A stretch of DNA of 64,000 bases from an uncultured Methanosarcinales archaeon (GTDB lineage: Archaea; Nanobdellota; Nanobdellia; Woesearchaeales; GW2011-AR15), in NCBI GenBank assembly GCA_964428335.1, contig CAYRXW010000008.1, forward strand, positions 9,834-73,833, given 5' to 3'. Every line of letters starts with the position of its first letter. The first letter of the stretch is position 1. The notes below the pieces were generated by a model. That model had not been told where the DNA came from and did no database searches. It saw only the letters and a list, made by a program, of their open reading frames with translations. Both the position numbers and the translations under genes were made by a program. Below are positions 16,542 to 24,966 of the stretch, piece after piece.

Positions 16542-17102
16542 ATGCGCACAAGAAACAGTAATATTAAGGAAAGCATTTATGTTAAAATCCTAAAGAACAG
16601 AACCCTACTTATATCGGTAGCATCCATATTCTTTATCCTGATTTTCCTGAAATTCAAATCTTTTGTTCTTTTCGTTGCAATCTGCTCCATTGCTGCTGCA
16701 ATCAATTATTTCATCCATACTACAAGCATCCACCTTCATCTGGGACACGTCTCTTTCCTTTCAGTAATTTTCAGTTATACACTAGGCTGGCAGTACGGGA
16801 TAGCGATGATTTTAATTGCTCATGTGCTTGCTGAAGTGCTTGCCGGCCATGCTGATATGGAACTTTTCAATACTGGAATCATTTATGTGATAAATGTTTT
16901 TATTGCGTTTTTTTTAAAGGGAGCTGATATTGTTACCCTTGGAATCGGGCTTACGATTTTCCAGGCTATTGCAACAACGATGCTTGGCGTTTTTACAGGA
17001 GCGCCAATACACGAGATAATAACTGAAGACGGGCTGGAGTTTATTATGCTCATGTTTTATTATCTTACAATTTCAAGAAGCTTAATAGGAATAATAGGGT
17101 GA
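16542..17102 (+). CDS. Polytopic membrane protein, paralog family member A
   Basis: 186 aa with a basic N-tail and multiple TM helices. The core SIHLHLGHVSFLSVIFSYTLG and the end SRSLIGIIG are shared with 18044..18580. Confidence 0.7.
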   Translation: MRTRNSNIKESIYVKILKNRTLLISVASIFFILIFLKFKSFVLFVAICSIAAAINYFIHTTSIHLHLGHVSFLSVIFSYTLGWQYGIAMILIAHVLAEVLAGHADMELFNTGIIYVINVFIAFFLKGADIVTLGIGLTIFQAIATTMLGVFTGAPIHEIITEDGLEFIMLMFYYLTISRSLIGIIG

Positions 17103-17111
17103 AAATAAAAA

Positions 17112-17939
17112 ATGTTTGCAAGCTTTTTAATCACATTTAGGGAAACACTGGAAGCAGCACTTATAATAGGCCTGGTATTTGCTTTCTTAAAAAAATCAAA
17201 TGAAGAGAGGCTCTATAAGCATGCTTACCTTGGAATATTTGCAGGGATAATATTGAGCATAATTGCTGCTGTGCTTTTTAACACACTGGCAGGTGGTTTT
17301 GTTGGAAGATCTGAGGAGATATTTGAAGGAGTTACCATGCTCATCGGTGCAATCCTCCTGACAACAGTGATTATTTTTATGCAGAACCACGGAAAGCACC
17401 TAAAGAAAAAGATGTCTCTTGAGATGGAGAAAAAAGAAGGATTTGGTATATTTTTACTAGTTTTGGTATCTATTCTGAGGGAAGGTGTTGAAACTGTTAT
17501 ATTTTTAGCCGCTGCTAGCTATGCTACAGGGATTTCAATAGTTGAAAGCATTTTAGGTGTAGTGATTGCTATTGCATTAGGTTATCTGGTTTATAGGACT
17601 TCAATCAGTGTGAACATAAAGAAATTCTTTGCTTATTCAAGCTTCATCCTGATTCTTTTTGCTGCAGGGCTTGTGGCTCATGGAGTTCATGAACTTGAAG
17701 AAGCAAAGGTATTAAATCCTATAGTCGAGCATGTATGGGACATAAACCCAGTCGCTCCGAATGCTGCTGAAGGAATATACCCCTTATTTCATGAAAAGGG
17801 GACAATTGGGCTATTCTTGACAGGCATCTTTGGGTACAATGCAAACCCTTCCCTGCTTGAAATGATATCCTACGTAGCATACCTGATTATGATACTGTTT
17901 TTAACTAAGCACCTGAAAAAGAACCCTGCCAACGCATAA
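17112..17939 (+). CDS. FTR1/EfeU-family high-affinity iron permease
   Basis: Two REXXE motifs lie in TM helices, FRETLEA and LREGVET. The protein is 275 aa and polytopic. Confidence 0.85.
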   Translation: MFASFLITFRETLEAALIIGLVFAFLKKSNEERLYKHAYLGIFAGIILSIIAAVLFNTLAGGFVGRSEEIFEGVTMLIGAILLTTVIIFMQNHGKHLKKKMSLEMEKKEGFGIFLLVLVSILREGVETVIFLAAASYATGISIVESILGVVIAIALGYLVYRTSISVNIKKFFAYSSFILILFAAGLVAHGVHELEEAKVLNPIVEHVWDINPVAPNAAEGIYPLFHEKGTIGLFLTGIFGYNANPSLLEMISYVAYLIMILFLTKHLKKNPANA

Positions 17940-18043
17940 CTAATAAAGGAATATAGACCATATTAATGAAATTTAATCTACTTTGTCTTTTCATTTATAA
18001 ATCGTTTATCAACTATAGATTTAAAAATTTGCACCTTTAAACA

Positions 18044-18580
18044 TTGCCAATGATAAAAAAAAGGCATGCCAGGGCATTATTTATACTTGCATTAGTGCTG
18101 CTTGTGTCACTTCTTTTTTTTAGAGCTCTGTTTTTATATTCACTTATACTAGTTGTGTCATTTTTTATCCAGGCAATGACCTATAAGGGAGACCTGAAAT
18201 TCAATCTGGGACATGTTTTCTTCCTATCTATTCTCATACAGAAAATGATGGGAACTGCTGAAGCGATAATACTCCTGGTATTTGCAGGGTTCCTGCCAAA
18301 GATTTACTCTGGGGAGATGGATTTAAAGAGCCTTATTTCCCTTCCTGCTGAAATAGTGCTTGTTATTGCATCATCTTTTCTCTCGCTCAATATCTACCTG
18401 ATTGCATTTCTTTTTTCCATAATCAATTACGGGATGCTGTTTTTGATGGCTAAATTTTCAGGTGAATCAATGCCTGAAATACTTGCAGAAGTGGCCCTGC
18501 CTTTCTTCATGAATTTTATCTATTTCCTTGTATTTTCAGGACCAATAGGAAGAATAATCGGCTATTTTACAATAGTTTAA
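18044..18580 (+). CDS. Polytopic membrane protein, paralog family member B
   Basis: 178 aa. The core DLKFNLGHVFFLSILIQKMMG and the end SGPIGRIIG align with member A. Confidence 0.7.
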   Translation: MPMIKKRHARALFILALVLLVSLLFFRALFLYSLILVVSFFIQAMTYKGDLKFNLGHVFFLSILIQKMMGTAEAIILLVFAGFLPKIYSGEMDLKSLISLPAEIVLVIASSFLSLNIYLIAFLFSIINYGMLFLMAKFSGESMPEILAEVALPFFMNFIYFLVFSGPIGRIIGYFTIV

Positions 18581-18911
18581 GTTTACCGGTTATAGAATCA
18601 ATTTTTTCTTCATCATCCGGGCCAATTGCCATGCATGTCTCGGTTCCTGGAGCTACAACTGTCTTTCCTGCATCTGTTATCAAGGCTGTTGTTAAACCTG
18701 CATCTTTTGCTTCCTGAAGGTATTTATAGAGCTCCTTTTTATCAGCCACTTTTAATGCAATCTTTGGCATGCCGCTAAGCCTCCAAGCTTTTACATCATC
18801 TTTATCTGCTTTTAAGACAGCTTCAACGCTTGCATGTGCTGCCTGGGCTGCAAGCTTTCCTTTTGGAAGCTTTAGGTCATCACGTATTAGGATTACTTGT
18901 TTTAGTGGCAT
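18567..18911 (-). CDS. pth2: Peptidyl-tRNA hydrolase, archaeal/eukaryotic type (Pth2)
   Basis: The translation reads KQVILIRDDLKLPKGKLAAQAAHASV...TDAGKTVVAPGTETCMAIGP. At 114 aa this is the canonical Pth2 size. Confidence 0.9.
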   Translation of the reverse strand: MPLKQVILIRDDLKLPKGKLAAQAAHASVEAVLKADKDDVKAWRLSGMPKIALKVADKKELYKYLQEAKDAGLTTALITDAGKTVVAPGTETCMAIGPDDEEKIDSITGKLKLL

Positions 18912-18936
18912 TTTAGTAATATATTTCTAGGACTAT

Positions 18937-20592
18937 TTAATTTTTTTGCACAATAGTCAAATTTCCGCTTCTTTTTTCAGTAACATCATACCTTCCAGGT
19001 ACGTTTTGAGTAGTGTTATGCCGGTGTATAGCTTGATATACAAACGTATATACCCCTTCTATTACTTCATTTACAGTATGCTCTTTATGCTTTGCATTTG
19101 CAGTTCGTCTTGAAACTGATTCTAATCCATCTTTTGTTCCAGACCAGACTAGTCTTGACACCTTATATTCATCCTGTAAAGGTATAGCCTTTGTTGCAGC
19201 AAGAGTTTCAATTAATTGCTCGATATCACTTACATTTTCTAAGGTCGCATCATGCATGACCATGTTTCTTAGTTCACCATACGCTCTTATTTTTTCTATC
19301 TGTCTTAGTGTCTCACTTTTTTCATCAACTTGCATATTATAGTCTATGTCTCCAAATTGTGTTTTCAGTGAAACCCTGTTAAGTTTCTCAGATTTCTTTG
19401 CCTCGTCTATCAAATTGTCAAGCTTGCTTAGCGCTCTCACATAATCTTGATCAAATAGCTGCTGGAACAGGCTTTTCACATAAGTAAACCTTGCCTTGCC
19501 ATCATATTCTTCCATACCTCTAAGGTTTATATCTTGATGGCTCTTTTCATAAAGCACCTGGGCAGAACGCATCTGAACACTATATTCATTAAAAATCTCA
19601 GCTTTTATTTCATCAACAAAATCAGCTACCTGCTCTGGTGTATCCAATCCTATGGATTCAAAGTATTTTTTATCTATGGCAAAAATTGTCTCGTCACCAC
19701 CTAATGCCCCAAGCAACTCAAAATCATTAATCCCTAGCCTATGAATGAATTTGTTCCTAAGTGCACTATTATAAGATTCCATCATAAAATCCACATTCCT
19801 TAGAACATTGCTTAAGATCCTGTATGCTTCCTTAGCATTGCCACTATTCATCAAAGCATATATTTGAATTGCCGCGCTTTCCATCTCTATCCTATTAAAA
19901 ACATTTAGGCCAACAGCATCAAACATGAAAAGATAGTAATCTTGTGCAGAAGAAGTGACCCGTTCATTGAATCTGGCTCTGCTCAGAAACCTCTGGTTTT
20001 TTGGATCAAAATCAACAAGCTTATCTGCATCCTCCCATAAGAAAGTCTCAAAAAATCTAGATGGATCTTCTTTATCAAATTGCTCAAAATAACCTTCTAT
20101 CTTATTTGCCGACTCTTGCAGGCTATTAAACCAATTCATATCTGTGCTTCTGACCTGGAAAGTATCCAAATAATTTAATTGAGTATAATACTTCAAAGCT
20201 ACTTCTGCATTCTCATCTCCTTGGATTGGAGTCGCTCCATGCCGAAAATACCAAAATACATCCAGATTCATTAAACCACCATGAGACCTCTCTAAAGAGA
20301 TTTTTTCACCATTATAATCAAGATTAATAAGTTCATTATCTCTGAAAGAGGCTCCAATTCCTCTAATTTCAGCTATTTTGTCGAAAAATAAGGTAGGATC
20401 AAATGTCGCTTTATAATTTGGACTGTCTTCAGCAAATTTCACTGCAACCTCAGCCATTGCTCTTGCTATAAAATACGACTCAATACCTTCATCAGCTGCA
20501 TATTCCGCAGAACCCAATATATAGTTTAGGTGTTCACCTTTAGGAATCTGTATACTTCGAAGCGCCCATAGTATGTTCTCTAGTAGACTCAT
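18937..20592 (-). CDS. Orphan 551-aa cytoplasmic protein with a possible diverged palm-domain (GGDEF/Cas10-like) signature
   Basis: No TM segments. YYLFMFDAVGLNVFN is a beta-strand ending in Asp followed by G-hydrophobic-x-x-F. About 75 aa later comes FELLGALGGDETIFAID. I did not recognise any other family. Confidence 0.6.
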   Translation of the reverse strand: MSLLENILWALRSIQIPKGEHLNYILGSAEYAADEGIESYFIARAMAEVAVKFAEDSPNYKATFDPTLFFDKIAEIRGIGASFRDNELINLDYNGEKISLERSHGGLMNLDVFWYFRHGATPIQGDENAEVALKYYTQLNYLDTFQVRSTDMNWFNSLQESANKIEGYFEQFDKEDPSRFFETFLWEDADKLVDFDPKNQRFLSRARFNERVTSSAQDYYLFMFDAVGLNVFNRIEMESAAIQIYALMNSGNAKEAYRILSNVLRNVDFMMESYNSALRNKFIHRLGINDFELLGALGGDETIFAIDKKYFESIGLDTPEQVADFVDEIKAEIFNEYSVQMRSAQVLYEKSHQDINLRGMEEYDGKARFTYVKSLFQQLFDQDYVRALSKLDNLIDEAKKSEKLNRVSLKTQFGDIDYNMQVDEKSETLRQIEKIRAYGELRNMVMHDATLENVSDIEQLIETLAATKAIPLQDEYKVSRLVWSGTKDGLESVSRRTANAKHKEHTVNEVIEGVYTFVYQAIHRHNTTQNVPGRYDVTEKRSGNLTIVQKN

Positions 20593-20703
20593 ATTCTGTG
20601 TGGACTTTCCTTCCTTTATAAATCTTTCTATTTTTCACCACTAAAAAGTGATAAATATATTATTTGAGATAAGTTTAAGTATTTATAAAGCATATATATA
20701 TGC

Positions 20704-21273
20704 ATGAGAGAGATTGAAACAGATACACTGACAAAAAAGCCTGAAAAAAATAGAACCCTCTCTAAAAAAACACTATATATCATTTATGCATCTATAGCAG
20801 GGTTATTCTTGTTCTCCCTCCTGATTAAGAATGAAGCGCTTCTCTGGCTTTTTTTAACAGCTTCTTGCATGGTTGCAAACTACCATATAGATATGATGAC
20901 AATTAGGGTAAATGTTGCTCCGCATCTTTTTTCCAGCTTGCTAATCACAAGAACAATGGGACTTAATCATGCAATTATCATGCTACTTTTTTCCACTTTG
21001 TTTATACACATATATACTGCAAGGCTAGATAAAGATACTTTGCTTGGATTTATCCTTTATATCCTTGCAAATATTGCGATGAGTTTTTTCCCTGGTGCCA
21101 ATTTTGTAATATTAGGACTAGTAATTACAAGCATTAAGTTCCTTATTGGCCTTGGTATAAACCTACTGATTGACATACAACCAGAAGAGATACTCTTTGA
21201 GCATGTTCTTGGATTTGTCTCCAATATCCTGCTATTCCTGACAATTGGAGGCATTGCTGAAAAGCTATTCTGA
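20704..21273 (+). CDS. Polytopic membrane protein, paralog family member C
   Basis: 189 aa with the same architecture. The core is TIRVNVAPHLFSSLLITRTMG and the end is LTIGGIAEKLF. Confidence 0.65.
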   Translation: MREIETDTLTKKPEKNRTLSKKTLYIIYASIAGLFLFSLLIKNEALLWLFLTASCMVANYHIDMMTIRVNVAPHLFSSLLITRTMGLNHAIIMLLFSTLFIHIYTARLDKDTLLGFILYILANIAMSFFPGANFVILGLVITSIKFLIGLGINLLIDIQPEEILFEHVLGFVSNILLFLTIGGIAEKLF

Positions 21274-21322
21274 ACAAAAAAACATGAAACTTATTTAAAT
21301 AAAAGGATAATTTCATAGTCCC

Positions 21323-21886
21323 ATGAAATTTTTACTAGCTTTGACTTTTGTACTGACAATGGTAGCTTACCTGCCATTAAACAGGAGAAAAAGCACGTAT
21401 AATTTTGAATCAAACCTCGATAAGCATATCCCTATATTAAGCATCTTTGTTATCCCTTATATCGCTTACTTTCCATATATAGCCTATGCGTTCATAATGC
21501 TATGGAACACAGAAGTATTTTTTCATTTTTCATTATGCATGATATTAATGAACCTAATAAATGCTGCATTTTGGCTGGCTTTCCCAAACGGAGTAAAGAG
21601 ACCTGAAATAAAGCCGGAAACTAACCTGCTTTATGTCCTTTCACTGATACATTATTATGATGGTGACACAAATGGCTTCCCAAGCTTTCATGTCTCACAT
21701 ACTTTGCTCATTACGTTTTTCCTGACTTTGGCAGGCCAGCATTTTGCATTAATCATAACTGTTGCATATCTTATAATTGTCTCAACACTATTCACAAAAC
21801 AGCATTATATTGTTGATGTCCTGGGAGGGATTGCATCTTTTGCAGTTACATTGATTTTATATAATAAGATTTTCTTCCTGATTTAA
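21323..21886 (+). CDS. PAP2-superfamily membrane phosphatase/phosphotransferase
   Basis: The PAP2 motifs are FPSFHVSH and LFTKQHYIVDVLGG (S-x-H ... H-x-x-x-D) in a polytopic protein. Confidence 0.75.
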   Translation: MKFLLALTFVLTMVAYLPLNRRKSTYNFESNLDKHIPILSIFVIPYIAYFPYIAYAFIMLWNTEVFFHFSLCMILMNLINAAFWLAFPNGVKRPEIKPETNLLYVLSLIHYYDGDTNGFPSFHVSHTLLITFFLTLAGQHFALIITVAYLIIVSTLFTKQHYIVDVLGGIASFAVTLILYNKIFFLI

Positions 21887-21888
21887 GA

Positions 21889-22533
21889 ATGGATGACCCA
21901 AATATCTTTAATGAAGAGTATCAGGAGCATTACAAATCTACCACTGGAGGAATTGAGGAAGCTTACCAGAAGTTCATTATTCCCTGTGGCATACCAATAC
22001 TTGCAAAAAGCGGAAAAGTAAACATATTAGACATTGGATTTGGACTTGGTTTTAACGCTATTGCTGCAATTGACTGCGCATTAGACATAAACCCTAATTG
22101 CGAGATCTCAATTTATTCGCTTGAAAAAGATTTAATTCTTGATAAATTAAAAACCCTTAGACCAGAACTGAAAAATTATTGTATAATTAAAAAGCTTGAA
22201 TTTGATCCTGTGACAAAATCATATCTTTATGAAGACAAGAATATTTTTCTTAAGATAAAGATTGGAAAAGCTGAAGAATTAATAAAAAAAATAAAAAACA
22301 AGTTCAATGCCTGTTTTCTTGATCCTTTTTCACCTAAAAAGAACCCTGAGCTTTGGAGCGAAGAGTTCTTATCTGATATTGCTAAGATATTAAATCCTGA
22401 AGCAAAGCTTGCTACTTACTCTTGCGCAAGAATTGTTAGGGATAATTTGAGAAAAAATGGATTTCTTGTTGAAGATGGCCCAAAGATCGGAAGAAGGGGA
22501 CCTAGCACAGTAGCAACATTTAAAAAATCTTGA
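21889..22533 (+). CDS. MnmC-like SAM-dependent methyltransferase domain protein (DUF752-like)
   Basis: ILDIGFGLGFN is the SAM motif I. FLDPFSPKKNPELWSEEF matches the classical FLDGFAPAKNPEMWS signature of the MnmC methyltransferase domain. Confidence 0.7.
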   Translation: MDDPNIFNEEYQEHYKSTTGGIEEAYQKFIIPCGIPILAKSGKVNILDIGFGLGFNAIAAIDCALDINPNCEISIYSLEKDLILDKLKTLRPELKNYCIIKKLEFDPVTKSYLYEDKNIFLKIKIGKAEELIKKIKNKFNACFLDPFSPKKNPELWSEEFLSDIAKILNPEAKLATYSCARIVRDNLRKNGFLVEDGPKIGRRGPSTVATFKKS

Positions 22534-22549
22534 TTCTATATTCTTCTTA

Positions 22550-23614
22550 ATGGCCCTTGATTATAAAAACCTTGTAAAGCAGCACCTTGATATCCTAAAA
22601 AAACTGCAATATCCAACAGGGCTTTTTGCAGCTTCAGATAAGAAGGTAGGCACGGGATATGATAAGTCCTGGCTTAGGGATAATTTCTATGAATGCCTTG
22701 CATTTGAAGTACTGAATGACTGGGATACTGTTGAAAAGACCTATAATGCGCTGCTTGAAATTTTCCTAAAGCATGAATATAAGATCGATCACGCAATAGC
22801 AAATAAGCCAAAATACAGGCATGAATATATCCATGCAAGGTTTAACCCGGAGAATTTTGATGAGTTCTGGGAGGAATGGGGAAACAAGCAGAATGACAGC
22901 ATTGGCGCAGTACTATTTAGGATTGGAGAATTGGAGCACCACCATAAAAGAAGCATCCTGAAAGATGAAAACCATGTGAGGATTGTGAATAAGCTTGTGA
23001 AATATCTTGAAAGCATTGAATACTGGCATGACCTTGATTCAGGGATGTGGGAAGAAGATGAAGAAGTCCATGCTTCAAGCGTTGGAGCATGTGTTGCTGG
23101 GCTTAAATCCATCAATAAGCTTGAAAAAATCACTGTGCCACCTTATATCATACTAAATGGTGAAAACACATTGAACCACCTTCTTCCAAGGGAAAGCAAG
23201 AAGAAATTTGTTGATTTGGCGCTTTTATCATTAATATATCCTTATAATATCGTTAATGATGAACAAAGAGACGAGATCCTAAAGAATGTTGAATACCTTC
23301 TTTTAAGAAAAAGGGGTGTTATAAGGTATAAGAACGACCATTATTACAATAAAAATCCTGACGGATACAGCGAGGAAGCAGAATGGACATTTGGGCTAAG
23401 CTGGCTTGCAATCATACATTCAAAGCTTGGTGACCTAAAAAAAGCGCAGAAGTTCATTGATAAGATGATAAAGACAGACACAAAGAAAGGGGTTCCTGAA
23501 CTTTATTTCTCAAATTCAAAGAAAGCAAATGAAAATAATCCACTAGGATGGGCAGAATCCTTGTTTATCGTGGCTTTGCATGATATGAATGCGAAGCTTA
23601 TTAAGGAAAAATAG
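22550..23614 (+). CDS. Glycoside hydrolase family 15-like protein (glucoamylase-related catalytic domain)
   Basis: The recognised segments are SWLRDNFY, NKQNDSIGAVLFRIGE, GMWEEDEEVHASSVGACVAGL and NPLGWAESLF. Confidence 0.7.
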   Translation: MALDYKNLVKQHLDILKKLQYPTGLFAASDKKVGTGYDKSWLRDNFYECLAFEVLNDWDTVEKTYNALLEIFLKHEYKIDHAIANKPKYRHEYIHARFNPENFDEFWEEWGNKQNDSIGAVLFRIGELEHHHKRSILKDENHVRIVNKLVKYLESIEYWHDLDSGMWEEDEEVHASSVGACVAGLKSINKLEKITVPPYIILNGENTLNHLLPRESKKKFVDLALLSLIYPYNIVNDEQRDEILKNVEYLLLRKRGVIRYKNDHYYNKNPDGYSEEAEWTFGLSWLAIIHSKLGDLKKAQKFIDKMIKTDTKKGVPELYFSNSKKANENNPLGWAESLFIVALHDMNAKLIKEK

Positions 23615-23620
23615 ACAATA

Positions 23621-23628
23621 ATATAAAT
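23621..23628 (+). promoter_or_regulatory. TATA box for the tRNA gene
   Basis: The sequence atataaat lies about 26-33 nt upstream of the tRNA 5' end at 23654. Confidence 0.45.
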
Positions 23629-23653
23629 AAAATTCTTATCAACTTAATATAAT

Positions 23654-23787
23654 GTCCCTGTAGTGTAGCTTGGACACATAATAATGTGAAGCAAATAGCA
23701 CGCAAGATTGCGGAAGTATAGTGCGTTAATTATATCCACTTGTTATGTGAAAATCTTGTAGCCGGAGTTCAAATCTTCGCAGGGACG
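23654..23787 (+). tRNA. tRNA-Arg (anticodon GCG) with two introns: a D-loop intron at about 23674-23694 and a canonical 37/38 intron at 23714-23752
   Basis: The acceptor stem is GTCCCTG (23654-60) with CAGGGAC (23780-86), and the discriminator is G at 23787. No CCA is encoded and an oligo-T follows. The T-arm is CGGAG-TTCAAAT-CTTCG. The D-stem is GTGT with GCAC. The anticodon stem is CAAGA (23703-07) with TCTTG (23754-58). The spliced anticodon loop is TTGCGGA. Both introns sit in helix/3-nt bulge/4-bp helix/3-nt bulge motifs with the same bulges, GGA and AAA. The mature length is 74 nt. Confidence 0.8.
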
Positions 23788-23834
23788 TTTTTTATAAAGC
23801 AAAATTTAAATTCTCTAATGATTAAGTAAAGCCA

Positions 23835-24155
23835 ATGAACCAGGATCAAAAACTTATAATGCTTTTCATATACTATGCACTTTTCATGTTTTCATTCTAT
23901 GGTGCATTTCAAACAAGAAGTGTTATCCTTGGAAAAGATGAGGGAGACTATGTTATAAAAATACTCTGGAAAGAGATACACCTGCAGACTATTGAAAGCA
24001 TAACAAAGATGAGGTATGTCTTTTTTACATTAAGCTTTTTGACTCTGCTTGTTTCTGTTTTCCTGATTTATTGGACAATAAACTATAATTATGAAGTCAT
24101 TAAAGATAAGCCGGATAAATATAAAGAAGAAATAAAAAAAATCTGGAACAACTAG
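23835..24155 (+). CDS. Small membrane protein (hypothetical)
   Basis: 106 aa with two predicted TM helices (LIMLFIYYALFMFSFYGAF and FFTLSFLTLLVSVFLIYW). No family recognised. Confidence 0.5.
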   Translation: MNQDQKLIMLFIYYALFMFSFYGAFQTRSVILGKDEGDYVIKILWKEIHLQTIESITKMRYVFFTLSFLTLLVSVFLIYWTINYNYEVIKDKPDKYKEEIKKIWNN

Positions 24156-24823
24156 ACTTTTTCTACATTATTTGTCCCAAGAAATTTCTGGACCAAAGAC
24201 TCGTATTTTGTTACAATCCTTTCTTTTGGAACTTCCCTTTTCTCAACAACAATCTCTGTCTTTTTCTCGTATTGTGTAATAAATTTACACTCTTCTGTTG
24301 TAGGGGAATCTATTACTTTATAGCTTCCTGTCCTTTTGTCTGTTGCGACACATTCTTCATGATTAAACACAAATTCATCTTTTGCGTTTCCTGCAATTTC
24401 CTTTGTTAACCTGACAGGTTCATAGTCCTGACCATTCACATTAAAAGTGAAATCTATTGTCCAATCTCCTTCGCTTGGCTCGTTATTCCAAACCATTAAT
24501 CTTGCTTCGCAAAACTCGTTTGTACCTAGTTTCTCAATTCTTACAAAGTTATTGTAATCGATTTTATAGTCTGAAGGAACCTGGTCGCATACTCTTACAT
24601 TAACTGGCCTTTCCAAGTCATCTACCAGCTTTTCAGTTTTTACTTCCTCAATTTCCACATAGCTTTCCTTTGCCTGGTATGGAAACTTAAGTACTGTGAA
24701 TACTAATAGAAGAATTACCGCTATTCCAACAATATATACTGGAATAGGAACCTTCTTTGTAATATGATGGTGAATACCTTTTTTTTCTGGCTTTTTTTCG
24801 CCACTTTCATTTTCTTTTGTCAT
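24152..24823 (-). CDS. Membrane-anchored extracytoplasmic protein (hypothetical)
   Basis: 223 aa. A basic N-tail is followed by a single TM helix (VPIPVYIVGIAVILLLVFTVL) and then a Cys-containing soluble domain. Confidence 0.55.
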   Translation of the reverse strand: MTKENESGEKKPEKKGIHHHITKKVPIPVYIVGIAVILLLVFTVLKFPYQAKESYVEIEEVKTEKLVDDLERPVNVRVCDQVPSDYKIDYNNFVRIEKLGTNEFCEARLMVWNNEPSEGDWTIDFTFNVNGQDYEPVRLTKEIAGNAKDEFVFNHEECVATDKRTGSYKVIDSPTTEECKFITQYEKKTEIVVEKREVPKERIVTKYESLVQKFLGTNNVEKV

Positions 24824-24966
24824 GTTTTACCCTCCTTTTAATAATCTGAATATAGTATATAAGCAATAAAACTATATAAAATTATTTACTTGTCATTTAT
24901 AATTCCATGCTTTATCTGACAGTTTTGAGAAGAATCTGAAAAAAAATTAAAAGAAAAGAACTAAAG

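Noticed and set aside
23708-23753. An alternative reading of the tRNA as tRNA-Phe (anticodon GAA), with the intron placed after position 33 or 34 to give loop TTGAAAA.
   Set aside because: The BHB geometry (bulges GGA and AAA around a 4-bp helix) places the cuts at 37/38, giving GCG. The G discriminator and the A at D-loop position 20 fit Arg rather than Phe. This still needs RNA-level confirmation.
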